DNA of 64,000 bases from Callorhinchus milii (taxonomy: Eukaryota). Location: positions 5,582,001-5,646,000 of the forward strand of contig NW_024704742.1 in NCBI RefSeq assembly GCF_018977255.1, read 5' to 3'. The notes below the pieces were generated by a model. It was not told the DNA's origin, ran no database searches, and saw nothing but the letters and a program-made list of their open reading frames with translations. Both the position numbers and the translations under genes were made by a program. This document shows, in pieces, positions 1-14,126 of the stretch; the first letter of the stretch is position 1, and every line of letters begins with the position of its first letter.

Positions 1-767
1 AATTAATTTTCCCAGCAAGGAGATTGGTCCCAACCCCGCTTTGATGTAGTATGTCCATCATGTACAGATCACACCTGTCCCAGAACTGGTCCTTATGTCC
101 CAAGGTGCGGAATCCTTTCCTCTTACATCATCATTCAGCCATGCATTTACGTGGTATATCTTTGTGTTACTATGCTGAATATATGGAGTAATCCTGAGAT
201 AACAACTCTTGATATCCTTCACAAGATTGGTCTGGATGAAGAAGGCCCTTCAGACTAATCTGTCTCAGCCATCTACCCTACAGTCCTGCCATCACTGCAT
301 CAAGCCGCTTTTTAAATGAGTAATGTACTGGTCGCTATCCTCTTCCTGACAACCTGTTCCAGTCATTGGTTGCTCTCTGCATAGAAAAAAACTTTCTGGT
401 ATCTGTCCAGAAATTACCCTTTTCAACTCTAAATTTAGGTTCTCTTGTTCTTCTGACAATATACATCCTCAAATATTGATCTGGGTTTACATTTTCAATC
501 CCATTAAATCTTGGACACTTCTATGAGGTCCCTCTGATTCATCTCTCAAGACCAAAGACACTGGATTTTCTAATTGTTTTTCAGAGGTTATTTCAAGGTA
601 CAGTCTGACAAGAGCAATGTACAGTATGACATCTAGGGATCTTAGATCAACTGATTTAGCAATATAGCCCAAGATCCTGTTTGCCTACACTCCTAGGTCT
701 CTGTCAGATTCCCAATTGGCAAATTCAGTCCAATTTGTATTATATTTTAGAGCTTACTTAATATTTA

Positions 768-1084
768 TGTGGAGTCCTGTAGCTCAGTGGTTAGAGCACT
801 CGCCTTGCAAGCGAGACACCTGGGTTCAATTCCAGGCAGAGGGCGAAACCTTGGGCAAGTTTCCTTACTCCACACAGAGCCTAATAAAAATCCCTCCAAA
901 AAAACAATATTAAATTGGTCATTTTCAATCCATGATTGTTTGTGGGACATTGCTGTGCACAATTGGCTGCCGCGTTTCGCCCACAAATATACGGTCAATT
1001 CACTTTACAGTATATTCTGTGAAGCGCTTTGAGACGTCTAGAAGACATGAAAAGCGCTATATCAAATGCAAGGATTATTATTAT
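768..1084 (+). mobile_element. tRNA-Ala-derived Deu-domain SINE (young family A), internally deleted copy
   Basis: A box tagctcagtgg, B box ggttcaattcc, central tgtttgtgggacattgctgtgc..ttggctgccgcgttt, 3' stem-loop and (TTA)n tail; many copies in window. Confidence 0.85.
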
Positions 1085-1189
1085 GGTTAATTTTAACTAA
1101 ATGACCAAGTGCATCTCTTTGAGAACTTTTTTTTAAGATTCAGTAACTCTCAGGCTAGTTTTGTCAGTTTTATGCACCCTTCTTCCGCC

Positions 1190-1501
1190 ATCCTGAAGCT
1201 TCGTGGTTAGAGCATTCACCTCGCAAGTGAGAGGATCTGGGTTTGATTCCCGGTGGAGTGAAATGTTAGGCACGTTTCCTTGCTCTATATGCCAGATCGC
1301 TTTTCAGGGGGTGGTAATCCCTTTAAAGAAATAAAATAATAATTTGGTTACTCAATCCACGACTGTTTGTCAGACACTACGGTGCGCATTGGCTGCTGGG
1401 TTTTGCCCACAAAATATACAGTCAATTCACTTTACAGTACATTCTGTGAAGAGCTTTCAGAAGACGTGAGAGACGCTATATCAAATGCAAGGATTATTAT
1501 T
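1190..1501 (+). mobile_element. SINE family A copy
   Basis: Same head, central domain and tcaaatgcaaggattattat tail. Confidence 0.8.
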
Positions 1502-3944
1502 CATGGCATACTTGTGTTTACCATTAATGGATTATTGGAGTCTTATTTGTCAAAAATAAAGGTAGAAATACAGTATTTGTGTTTCAATGATCTGTTTGTC
1601 GTATCAACATCTGGGTGCTTTCGTGAAACAAGGATCTGTTCAGGATGCTATCTTTTGCATTGCTACACAAAGAATAAACAACAAACGAAGAATATCTGCC
1701 TTCTGAAAGAAAAGTTCTCGATCCAAATTCCATTAAAGACACAAGAAATTCCAAGCAGCCCCGAGTCTTGTTTATCACCACAATGTGCAGACTGCAATGT
1801 TGTGCAAAAGAGTCAAGATCCATCTTGAGAGGTGAGATCTTAAGAAGTGGTGTTAGGTAGAGGGATAATACCTAAGTTTAAGCATAGCAGCACAAACTGA
1901 AACTGTCTGGTATGAAATGTGCATTCACTCTCTGGAGGGATGCATGCACTTATAATAATGAAAATAATCCTTGTATTTGATATAGCATCTTATCGCATCG
2001 TTGAAACTCAGAGTGTTGCACAAGATTTTAACGTAAAGTGTGCATTTGTAGGTGATTGAGGCACCCTTTTTGCATACAGCGTGTCCCACAAACCACCATG
2101 AAGCGAATGACCAATGTTATCTGGAGAATGTTAGCCGGGATAGCGGGAGAAAATCCCTTTTCTTTATGATAGTGGCATGTCATCCACAGGATCAAGCAGA
2201 TGAGACCTTGATTTAAATCCGAAGAATGACACATCTGACACACATTACTCCCAGCACCGCATTGGTCTGGAATGTACAGTAGAGGCTTGTTATAAAGATG
2301 TGTTTGGAATCCATTAAATCCCAACCCACGCTTTAATGGCTGGTTTCAACGCACATACGCTCGGTGGGCATGCATGCACTTGTGCGTGAACGGCAAAGCA
2401 GGAAGCGACATCTGGGGTGATCTGATAACCTGGAAGTTGGCCATTTTAGTGCAAAAAACATGAGCAGGCAGACTTTGCATGCGCAATAAATGCACAGTGA
2501 ATACACAGTACAACTGCGTTGAAACCAATTTTGTGCTGTAAATGAGCATGCTTTAATGGGGCTCCATTGTATTAGGTGCACATTTAGCAGGGGCCGAGGT
2601 TTGGAGAACCCCAGTTAAACTAGCTAAAACCACATAGCTTTCCCTAGTGAGAATTGCTTGGCAAGCTCCTCACTGCTTGTTTCAAACCTCCCTTTGGAGC
2701 TTTGGCTTACAAGGTTAACATAAGCTAAATGAATGAGAAGAATCCCTGTTCCCAGTATCTGCTCTGGCCCTCCAGTTTATGTCGACAAGCCAGGGCTATT
2801 AATCCATCAAGAGACCGACACAAATGATCGACTTGATTTCAATCTTCCAGACACGTCACCTTGAAGCCAGCTCAGCCCCAAGAAAGCTCCCCGCCGCCCT
2901 CAGGCTGGACTACTGCAAGCTACTGTAGCAGATAGTCACTAGCAGAGATGAGAGGGGGGGAGAGGGAACTTCAAATCTCAGAGATCGGGATCAATAGATG
3001 CAAGAAAACGGAACATTTAGTGAACAACTGTTTTTTACGCTTTAGATTTGGGGGTGGGGGAATTTAAAAGACTAATGGAGGGAGTGCAGTAGAATTTTAA
3101 AAAAAACACTACCATTTGAAGCTTAACTGTGCCAACCCTCTGCTTGCCACCTCTTCCCTACACAAGCTGCAGACTATCCAGAACTCTGCAGCTTTTGTCC
3201 TTTCCCATTCCAGGTTCCGCGAGCCTTTTTCCTCCCATCCCCCAGCAGATCGAGTTCAAATCCTCATTCTCGCCTGGAGGTCCCGACCTTACTTGTGTGA
3301 CCTCAAACTGTACCAACCTGGTTGTTTCCATCACTCAGTGGATACCTGCTTTGTATCCTCCGCCATTGATGGTTGGGCTTTCAGCATATCTGTCCCCACT
3401 CCCAGGAACTCTGTCCCGAAGTTAATGATTTTGAGTAGGACTGCCAAGGAGAAGAAATAAGTAGACAGAGGAAGGTGTGTCATTCTGCTGCCCCTGCACC
3501 ATCAATTGGGTTACCTCTCGTGTCATATTTGAGCTAAAATCTGTCTCTAGGATTGATCTACAAAGTGACCTAAGTGACCACCAAAGATGAGGCCAATCTT
3601 AAAACTCGAATCCCCTCCTGTTTTTTTGGGTCTTGTTTAAACACTGAGGAACAATCTTATTTGATTATCGAGGGATTGCCTATTTTTTTCAGTTTGTAGG
3701 GTTGGATTTGGTGCACAGTGATCAGTAATTGAAGGGTAGGAAAGCTGGATATCAGTACGACCGAGGGTTTGAACACCCCCAAACAATTTTGTGAGGTCTT
3801 CCCTTGAGCTTGCAGTCACAATACTGCATTTGGAAATACCTACTGTAATTTCCTACTGTAATTTCCTATTGCCCATTGTTCTAGATGGTTAGTGAAGTGT
3901 GCTGGATCCCAAATTAGGTCTCCTCGGCAAGATGGTGTGATGTG

Positions 3945-4830
3945 TTAGCTTGACTCAGTCGGTAGGAATCTTGCCTCTGGGTCGGTAGGTTGTCTGTTCA
4001 AGCAACTTGAGTTCGTAGTCCAGGTCATGGTGGTCCAACCGTTTGGATGCTGAGGGCCGGATTTGAGAAACACCTGCAGACCGCATAAGCAATATTTTTA
4101 TTTCCCCTCCAAAAACATAACTTTTAAGAATTGTATAGAAATCCTGTGTTTTAAATTGTGTAATTATTACTTAATTTCACTACGTTTTAGTTATAGTACA
4201 AAGTTTAAATAGACAATATAAAAATGGACAATAATATACTTTTATCAATAAGCTACATATATATATGCAAGAATAATCGTTAAATTCAGAATAAACAATG
4301 AAAGTGAAAGAAAAAATGATTAAGTGAAATAAAAAGCCCATAATTTAATAGCCCTAACAATTAACAAAATAATAACCCTGGAACATGTTTCTCTTGAACC
4401 AGAGCGCCATTGTCTTCTATTTTAACATTTACTTTGTGTTTCTTACTGAGCCTCATAGTTCTGTAGTTTTAGAATTACAAAATATGGATCAATACCTTTT
4501 TAAACTACTCCCTGCTGCGACTCTCTTCTGGTTACTCCACACTGCCTCTCACGAGGTTGTACGAGGCTGGAGTTAGCGTGAAGAGTTTCGGATCGAGGGG
4601 CAGAGTCTCAGGAGAGGCACAGTCGGGAAGTAAAATAATGAAGTTGGAAATGCTTTGTCGGCCAGATGAAATCATCCCCTGGGCCGGATGTGGCCCATGG
4701 GCCACCAGTTGGACGACCCTGATCTAGGCTAACATTACTGGTTGAGTACTGTTTGGATGTAGGTGCTGTATTTCACAATAATTACTTGTCCTTCAACAAC
4801 CTTTAGCTTCATTGAAGAGCAGCAGGAGGT
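3945..4830 (+). mobile_element. Older SacSINE1-like SINE (family B) split by the hAT MITE
   Basis: tRNA head gactcagtcggtagg..cttgcctctgggtcgg..gttcaagc resumes as atctaggctaaca after the MITE. Confidence 0.55.
4026..4721. mobile_element. Non-autonomous hAT/Charlie-like DNA transposon (MITE)
   Basis: TIRs CATGGTGGTCCAAC / GTTGGACGACCCTG; subterminal gggccgga motifs; diverged 8-bp TSD gtccaggt/atctaggc. Confidence 0.7.
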
Positions 4831-6497
4831 ACGATATTAAAGGCTTTACGGAATTCCAAGCTGTATTCAACTTCTGATTGACTGCCAAACGAAGTTAAAA
4901 TACAGATAATGCAAGGTACCGTGTTATAAGAAATAAAAATGGGGCACATGGACCCTATGGATCGACAGAACTTCCCAAAAGTGAAATTGAAAGATACCTT
5001 AAGTTAATTGACTCATTGTTCACCATATCAAAACAGTCTGATGCGTCAATAAACAAAGCAAACTCGGCTAAATTGCCAAATCAGATCCCCAGAAGTCATG
5101 CTGCACCTGGAGTACTGCGTACAGTATCATCACTTCTGATAACGCAGTGCTCCCCAGCGCTGCAATCGAGTTTCAGCCTAGACTGAACTCCCAGTCCAGA
5201 TGGAGGGAAAAGCAGTTCATCAGTTTTTCTTGTGATCTTCAAAAGTTCCAAGCTGCTAAAACCACTGATTTATCACTTGAGTGAACTACAGTAAAGTCTT
5301 GGAAGCATGCGTTTTAGGAGAACTGCTATTCACTGATCATCGGACTTATTAATCTTCCTTATAATGACCAGTCTTGCTCAGTTGGTAGCAATTGAAGCTG
5401 GGTCAGAAGCCTCTGGGTTTAAGCCCCACATCAGGACTGTGAGATCAGTCCAGGCTGAAATACATTATCAGAGATGCATCTGAAGTTGTATTGTATCTGA
5501 GCCACTGCTACCTGATTTTATAATTTGCCTGGTTTGTTTCTTAAACCTACTTTCCAGGTTTTCCTCCACATCCCTTTTAATATCTGTACTGCTCAGTTGC
5601 TTATCCTTTCAAACAATTTGATTGATCCAGCTTCAATAACCACGAGTGGTTTATACCATGGTTGCCGGGGATCTATAAAATCCCAACCCGTGTTTTTCTG
5701 TGACTTGGAAGTTAAAAGAAAGTATTGTACAAATTTTAGAATCTACCCAAGACTAGATTAAGGGTGCTTTACATCTGACTATTAATGAAGTTTCAGCTTT
5801 TTGTTAAACTACTTTTTTCCCCCGTGGACAGAGAGTATTTGGCTTCTGTAACTGCTCCTGCTTGACCTGCGAAGAAACCGGAACGGGTTGTCTTGAAATT
5901 GGAACGGATTGACTTCTTGTTTGGCCATGCAATTTGATTCTGCTAAAACATTTTGGTATTCGTGGACGGGTGTCGACCCACAATACGTGGTGGGTGGTGG
6001 GGGCGTAAAGCACACTGCATTCTGGAATCTGGTTGAGATGGTTTTGTTCGCAGGTACAGTCGTTGCAAACACTTTTTGGAGCTGGATCTTGATCCCTTGT
6101 TATTCTTTTGTGACTAGATGAACAAAGTTGTCGTGTTTTGTTGCATAACTAGGTTATAAGTGGTTTGCATTTTTAATTGCATAGGCTGAAGAACAAAAGG
6201 GGTATTAGGCCAATCCTAATCAAATTGAGGAATAACATTTAGAACTGTAAAGGCTTGCTCTTGTGGGGAGTTTAGGATTGGAGCAACATCTGTGGATTAA
6301 ACTATTTAAAAGGATTGCTCCATATGACCTATAGCTATTGAGAATTTAAATTTATATGTTTCTTTTAAAGATGAATGCACTTTAATAACCTGAATTTCAA
6401 AAACAAATCATCCTAAATTCATTCTACGATTCTTAAGAGAGTACTGTCGAGCTTTTTGGGGTCTTAGATTGCAGACTCAAGTCTGGAATCAGGTCTT

Positions 6498-6651
6498 CGA
6501 AGCGAATCAAACCGCTTCACAGAATATACTGTAAAGTGTAGTGACTGTATGTTTTGTGGGCAAAATGAAGCAGCCAATTGTGCACAGCAGTGTCCAACAA
6601 ACAGTCGTGGATTGAGTGACAAATTTACTATTATTATTATTATTATTATTA
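6498..6651 (-). mobile_element. SINE family A partial copy
   Basis: Reverse complement of the central domain and 3' body. Confidence 0.7.
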
Positions 6652-8216
6652 TTTAGATTCATTTATTTTTATACACACACATATACAGACACGTGCATTC
6701 ACCTCCTCTCCCGACACACAAGAGTCACAAACACACTCACCCAGACAGACATACACATGCGCACAGATACACACAGGCGCATACCATATCTAATAAAAAA
6801 AATATTTATTATTCTTGTACACACTCACATACTATACATAGTTAATATTTTGTTAGCTAGGTCAAAATATTAACTGGAATGATCGATTTCTTTAATCTTA
6901 TGGGTGGGGGGGACTAGAAAATTTGTTCCATTCCTGTGCGGGCACTGGTGATTTGTTATTACAATAAGAAATTAGTTGTCAGGTATTTAAGGACCTGGAA
7001 AATTTTCAACAGGCCGCCCTAAAAAATACTAATCTTGTTTTATTTTCATGCTTGACATTTTCCTGCTACATTTCTTTTTCCCAGTCTTGCTTCATTAAAA
7101 TTGCTCCCTATTTTCCCTAAAGATTGTACTTGTCGAGAAAGATATTGGTGAATGAGGGTTTAGTGTTGATGACTAAGAACACTGGAAGTTGTACTCTGAA
7201 TAATTTAAATTCAGTGCCTCATTATTTTAGGATATGTACATAAATTCTGAAGCATAATCCGTGCCTTTATTCCTATTTAATAACTTGAGTTCAGGTCGGT
7301 GGGGGAGAGATTAACTATTTAGAAAAGTTAAAAGACAAAATCTCCACAGAGGCAGAAAGTATTGTGTATTGGTATGACCGGCTTCCAGGAAAAAAATTAC
7401 AATCGAGCCACACAACTGAGTGTTTTCTGACTCATGAGAAGGGGAAACTCTGTGTCATATGCTAATATGGTAGGGCCCCATTATAACTAATTTTGGAGTG
7501 TGAAAGTTGGGGGACACAATTTATTACTGCCTGCCCAATAAAGAGCCCTGTTTTATATTAAGTCCCTGCCTCCTGTAGCCTAACCAATTTTCTATCCATC
7601 GCACAATATTGCTTTCAACTCCATGGGCCTTAATTTTAGCCAATCTTTTACGTGGCACTTTATCAAATGCGTGTGTTTGCAGTTCCATTGATTTTCCATT
7701 GATTTTCCTCTTATCACCTCTGTGGTTCTGTCAGAGAACTCTTGGATTTGTGATAAGATGTTAACTGAGGTCCCATCATGTTCAGTGAGGTTTCTTTGGG
7801 CTGTTGGTTTCAAGAGGAACACACCTAGCTCGGAAATATTGGGATTGAGATCATCCACTGTGGAAAGTGTAAGATGTACCTGAACCAGGCAGGTCCCTAT
7901 GTTGTCCCCGGTGCAGAATGCGGTTAATAAGACAAATGGGATGGTGGCCTTTAATATTTCATGATGGTATGAACTTTTTATTATTATTAGTTTTGATTAT
8001 GATTTCATAATAACCAATACTACTAATAATAAAATTAAGAAGAATCTTTGCATTTGATATAGCCAGGTGGTCTTGCACAAAAAACAAAAAGGCTTCTTCC
8101 CGGCAATTTTAATTGAAAGCTGCTCAAACCCACCACAATAATGTGACTTTTTGGGAAATGGGAAAACTGTTGTACCTAAGCATTAATATTTCATCCGGTT
8201 ATTCCTTGTGTTCCAG

Positions 8217-8384
8217 GTGTCAGCTGTGATGCATGTTTGAAAGGAAATTTTCGAGGTCGCAGATATAAGTGCTTAATTTGCTACGACTACGACCTATGCG
8301 CTTCTTGTTATGAAAGTGGGGCTACAACTACAAGGCACACAACGGACCATCCAATGCAGTGCATATTAACAAGAGTAGATTTTG
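8217..8384 (+). CDS. KCMF1: KCMF1 coding exon 2 (ZZ-type zinc finger)
   Basis: ttccag|GT...TTTG|gtaagt; 168 nt; encodes (G)[55 protein letters not shown], matching the vertebrate KCMF1 N-terminus. Confidence 0.98.
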
Positions 8385-8559
8385 GTAAGTCTTTTGAATG
8401 TTTGATTTGCCAAATTTCTTATGTAAGGAAATGTATTCTTTGCAAACTTCGTAGTTGACTAATTGGGAAATAGTATTTAACTGCATGTAGTGGTTGCTAT
8501 ATATTTCACACAAATGTGGTTGGTTAGTTAATGCTCTCTGCTTTTTGTTTTGTTAGCCG

Positions 8560-9070
8560 GGTGTGGGGAAACCCATCACCATGCCCAAGAGTATTCAAAC
8601 CAAGATGAGAATTCCATGCAGCCCACCTATACATGGAAATCCCAGCGATAGGTTGTTGGAATGAAATGTGCACCCTCTCCCTGGAGGGACACATCCTGCT
8701 TACCTAATTCTGAAAAGTATTAGGCGCAGTTTGGCAAGAGGCCAAGGCTTGGGGACTCCGGAGTGTGCGTTGGGGTAACTGCTGAAGTATAACCAGTTAA
8801 AACCCCATTGATAGCACAGTCTGGCAAACTTTCCCGCTGCTTGTCCAGCTTGGACCAGTATACCCTTTAGGACTTTGGCTTGCAGGGTAACAGGTGGTGT
8901 GTGGGTAGATTCCCTGCCCGCAGTGACTGGCGTGTCCTTCCAAGTCCTGCAGATGCGCCAGGCTGGCTGACTGTCATCAGCAGTGCCCTGGAATACTACA
9001 GACCCCCCTGGCTCAGGAACTGGACTGCCAAGACCACCACAGAGGACTAACTCCATTCCGTTGCTGAACT
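8560..9070. repeat. Unclassified interspersed repeat with fragments elsewhere in window
   Basis: Segments recur at about 1905-1950, 61155-61230 and 63922-64000. Confidence 0.7.
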
Positions 9071-10454
9071 TGTGACCTTGGAGCTAATTCAAGGTCCCCC
9101 CCAACCCCCGAAACCCAAAGTGGTGAAATAATTATTTTTTTAAAAATATTTGGTAGCCATTCGTTTAATCTGTTTATCTTCCCACCATCATTACCACAAT
9201 TAGAACCAGAAAAGATTCATGCTATGCGATTCTTCGTTTATTATCAAACCAAAACGAATGTGAAATCGAGATTGATTTTTTAACAATTTTATTGCCAAAC
9301 AAACCAAAACAGTGTTAAAAGTCGTCTTGCTCCAGCAGTGGTGTAAAATTAATCTGTAATTGACAGTTGTCTGTTTAAAACTAAGGGTGTAATGAAACCA
9401 ATGCTTTCTTTAGCTTTTGATGGCTTCTCGTCTCTGGTAAAATGGTGTTCTATGGAAGGCATAGATAATGGGACATCTCGTTGGGCAAAGCAGAATTGGG
9501 GCAGCTGGAACCTCTAATTTTAGACTTGATGCACATTCTCTCAAATTTCTGTAGGTGGGACTAATTGGCAATTTTGTTCGTTCTTTCAAAAGTGAGAAGA
9601 AATTGAAATTTGGCAGCCTCGTTGTTCCTTAGAAGTGTACATTCCTATAAATCTTTTCTGCAGTTTTCCTCTTAGCTTGGTTTATTCAAAATGTTTGGGC
9701 GGAGGCAACAGTAGTCATCTTTAATGACCACTTTCATATACTTAAGGAGGGCATGGTTCTCAAAGCTTTACCTGTTTTTAAGGTTGCTTATAAAAGGTCT
9801 TTTACAAGAATATCTTGTTACTCGGGTGGCCAGATCTGATACAACAACCGTCAGGGCTTCCAAATGGTTCATCACTGCCAATCTTGATTTTGGGTTCAAT
9901 ACGCCGGTTGTAAATGCTGCTGATATTAGTTAGTTGATTCCATGTTATTGCTGTTTCTGCCTATTTCGTTTAGTGTCTTTGGCCACAATGGTGCTGGGAT
10001 CTTGATTCACAAAAGGGACGTGGGTATTATAACTTTTTTTGTGTGTGCGTTTGGGGGGCGGGGAAGGGTCGGGTTATTTCAACTTGAAATCTGATTCTGA
10101 ACAAATGGATTCTCAAACTTTTTGAACCTGTGGAATTTTCAATCAATTTTTTGTATAGTAGTTTTAGTTTTTTTTACAAAATAATTAGTAGCTCTATTGA
10201 CTTTTCACATGCCACAGAGTGTGAATGAGTTTTGCGTGTTTCGGTGAAGGAATCATGCAGTCTTTGGACCTATGCATTTGTGCGGCAGATTCCATTGAGT
10301 TTTGCTTATCTCAGGAAATCATGGTGCTAATATTTTACTTCCATTTTCATACAATAATACATATACATTTATGTAGCACTTTTCCGATCAAAAGGATGTG
10401 ATGTGAATGTCAAAATGTTGATGTACTTCTCAGAATTATTCCCAGTGACTTTTT

Positions 10455-10790
10455 ATAATAAATAAGATTCTTTGCATTTGATGTAGTGCCTTTCACTTCG
10501 GGAGGATGCGTCAAAGTGCTTCATAGAATTCACTGTAAAGTGTAGCGACTGTATTTTGTCGACGGGCACAGCAGTGTTCCACAAAGTGTTCCCATGAAGT
10601 GACTGACCAATTTTTACCTGAGAGATGGCTGGCCACGGCACTGGAAGAAATTCCCTTTCTGTTTTGAGCAGTGCTGTGAGGTTTTTAACATCTACCTGAA
10701 TAGACATAAGGGACCTTGGTATAACATCTCATCCGAAGGATGGCATCTTAACCGACGCCGCTTTCCATCAGCCTGGTCTGAGAGTCCTGT
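10455..10790 (-). mobile_element. SINE family B (SacSINE1-like) copy
   Basis: Reverse complement contains ggatgagatgtta..caggtagatgttaaa and the Deu-type domain and tail. Confidence 0.65.
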
Positions 10791-10929
10791 ATGTGGAGGA
10801 AAGTACCTGAACCTGCTGAAAAAGAACTAAGCTGGTATTGTATGGGATCCATATTGTAGCATTGGGAGAGAGCGCAGTGTAATGGTCTGTTACTATTGGA
10901 GTGGCTATTATATCTGGGGAAACCCACAA

Positions 10930-11145
10930 GGTTGTGAGAATGTGGAGCGTGCTACTGGAAGCTGTGGTAAAAGCATCAATTTATTTGAGGAAACCTGATA
11001 CAAAGAAGGAAAACGGGGGATTTGAGAGAGAGGGGATTAGGAGGGGTGGCAACTCATATGGAGTATAAACATCAGCACAGACTAGTTGGGCCAAACGACC
11101 TGTTTTTATGCTGTAAAATTCATGTGATTCCATGTAATTCTATAA
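10930..11145 (+). mobile_element. CR1 LINE 3' end fragment
   Basis: gttgtgagaatgtgga..cagcacagactagttgggccaaacgacctgt..ttcatgtgattccatgtaattctat tail. Confidence 0.6.
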
Positions 11146-12042
11146 ATATAACAATATTACGAGATCGGTTTGAATGAAGACGGCCACTTGGTCCATCCAA
11201 TCTCATCCCTCCAGAACAACCATTCTCTTCCCTCCACCCCCCGTATTGCAAAAGGTTTGCTATTTAAATTAATCTTGTGTCCTAGGCTTTACTGCCTTTA
11301 CTGGCAACCTGTCCTGGTCGTTGATTACCCTTATTCATTCCTCTAACACTGGGGATCATCCTCGTTGGTCTTCTCTGTACTACCTCTAGGGCCTGGGAAG
11401 CCCCCCTATGTCGCGGTAACCAGAGCTGTGCAGTATTCAATATGTGATCTGACCAGCCCGAGGATGACGTCTGGGGATCTAAACTCAATAGATTTAGCAA
11501 TATAGCCTCGCATCCTGCTTTGCCTTGATTGTTGCTGCCTCACATTGTTTTGACATCCTGAGCAAACACCCCTAGATATGCCGGTTATCAGCCCATGTCC
11601 TTGTTTAACATCATCTTATTTGTAGTTCGCCTGTTTCAGTATTCTCATTGGTTCTGTAGCCACTACTACTACAACTTGCCCTTCACATGGGGTAGCGTCC
11701 TGGAGCGCTTCTCTGGAACGTGCTCTCTGTTGCCTGCAGACAAAACAGGTGGGGAGAAGGAATGAAGACAGGGGAAATTCCTGCATGACTCAGTGGGTCT
11801 CTTTTTCCCCCACCCCCTTTCCTGTAGATGGAGAAAATTCGTAATTGAATGTGAGGATGAACTTACTTGGAATAAACAAGACTACCTGTGTGATCAAGCA
11901 ATCTACTACCATGAAAAGCGCTATATCAAATGCAAGGATTATATTATATTACTTGTCTGACACGTTTACTCATTCTGTGAAAGAAATTCGTCCTCAATAA
12001 TATAGATCTAGCTGAATTCTTGTTGATCACTGGTGATTAAGA

Positions 12043-12255
12043 ATAATAATGACAATAATCCTTGAATTTGATATAGCGCTTTTCACGTCTTCGAGACGTC
12101 TCAAAGCGCTTCACAAAATATACTGTAAAGTGAATTGACTGTATATTTTGTGGGCAAAACGCGGCAGCCAGTTGCGCACAGCAGTGTCCCACAAACAGTC
12201 GTGGATTGAAGTGACCAAATTATTATTGTGTTTTTTTTTTCTTGAGGGATTATTA
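12043..12255 (-). mobile_element. SINE family A 3' half
   Basis: Near-consensus reverse copy of tail and central domain. Confidence 0.8.
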
Positions 12256-14059
12256 GAGAATGTCTAAGAGCGTTGTTAGTTTTTTTTGTCCATTGAATTT
12301 TTATTTATTTCTCACATTTATTGTAATTTTTGTATTTCTAACGTCTTGTGTAGCTGAGCATCCAGAAGCCCCAGGATTTGGGGCCACACGGGGTATGAAT
12401 TTTCGGTGTTGCTGGCTCGTGTGGGTAAAGTCATGAAGACCTGCATAGAATGTGATTATTGCATAGTTGGGTGGGGAAAGATCACTTGACCACCCGCTTG
12501 ATTTCTGTATAAAGAGATGTACTATTCCAGGTGTTTTTATTCCCTTGTGTCACGTCAGCGATTCTTTTAATCTGAAAGTTGAACCTGTTTTAATGTACAA
12601 GGGAGAATCGCATTACATTACATAAGGTAACATTTCGTGTTTTGTGAAATGTGTCAGAGGTTTCAAGAAAAAGAGATAGAAAATCAGAGACTGTACCATT
12701 CAGGGTAAAATAGACAACATTCACTTAAAATAATAACCCTTACATTTTATTTAGTGCCTTTCACGTTGGGAGGATGTCTCGAAGCGATTCACAGGATTTT
12801 CTATGAAGTATAGTGACTGCGTATTTTGTAGGGAAACCTGCAATAATCTGGACTAAAGATTTTAATGTAGACTCTTTAAAAGGTCATTTAATTTCACAAT
12901 GAAAGAAAGCGGAGAAGGAATATATTAAGCAGGTTTTAGCATTTTGTGGATGTGAATGGCAATGTTTCCCCTTTTCTCAAGTGGCAATAGGAACTAAATG
13001 AAGATTCGGCTGGAGGGCTGCAACATACCAACATTGATGATTTGGGGGCAGAATTATTGTGGCTTTTCTTTGATCTGGTTTCTGTGCTGAGGTCAAATGA
13101 CACATTTCTTCTTTGAGTTCTGAAATCGAGTGTAAAAACGTTGACCTCCAATCCTGTCAAGATTCACCAGAACAAACCTGGAGGAAGTGACTCACCCTCC
13201 CCACAGCCCTATGTGTCCTCTACTCTGATATGTAGCCACAGCATATGCATTTCTATGACTGAAAAGTTACAGATAAGATCCAAGATAAATAGCATCAGTA
13301 GATTTGCAGTGATAACCATCCAAGCAGGATTCTTTGTCTGCTTCTTCACTTGGATCTTTTGGGTTTCTCTTCAATGTGGGCTCATGAAGCAAGAACCTCT
13401 TTGGGAAAGGCATTAACGGCCTGCTGGAGAGCTATAAAACGTACCGACAAAGCATTCACCTGACTCCATGGCTGGCTAACGTGGTTCCAGGAATGGCGGT
13501 CAGTTGTTCTTACAGATGGTTTATTCTGAACAAATCATCCCTGTCAGAGGAGAGGGGCAATGCAGGTTGGGCCCAGAAAGAAACTTCATTACCATCTGTC
13601 CTGCTTCGAACTTCTTCCATACCAGCACACTACCTACGACTAGAACTGGAGATATGCAATATTTCTGGCACTGCCTTTGGATAACTCTCCATATCAGTAG
13701 TCAATTCTTTGTGATGATTAATTAAGCAAACTAAATGATTATATTAAGATTACATGAGACAAGTGAAAACAGAGATTCAGTCAAATTAGAAGGAGATTCT
13801 TAGGTCCTTTGAATCTTGTGATTGACAAGGTGGTTATCACCCCTCCATCCGTTGAGTATGCCTTAAATATAATCCCCACATTGTACTAAAGCAAACTTGC
13901 TGCTATTTTCGGTCTGTTTCCTAATTCTTATGTTCTCCTGTGACCAGAGCTGAGATGGTGATCATTTAGTGCAGACCAGTTGTAATGCTTTTTGATAAAG
14001 CACGAGTTTGCTTGTAACTTGGGCCAATAGAAAATTGTGGCCGCAATTTTACCGCGGAA

Positions 14060-14126
14060 TCCACAAAATCCAATATTCTCCACAAAACCCAATACTCTCC
14101 ACAAAATCCAATATTTTCTGCAAAAA
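14060..14126. repeat. 19-bp minisatellite, about 3.5-4 units (tccacaaaatccaatattc)
   Basis: Direct tandem units visible; gives repeated ENIGFCG-type peptides in spurious ORFs. Confidence 0.8.

Noticed and set aside
773..848. tRNA-Ala gene
   Set aside because: It is the head of a multi-copy SINE, continuing into the central domain and tail; ORFs 716-1032 are by-products of it
1367..1828. 153-aa ORF
   Set aside because: Begins inside a SINE and shows no recognisable domain
14060..14126. CRISPR-like array
   Set aside because: Head-to-tail 19-bp units without spacers in vertebrate DNA; an ordinary minisatellite
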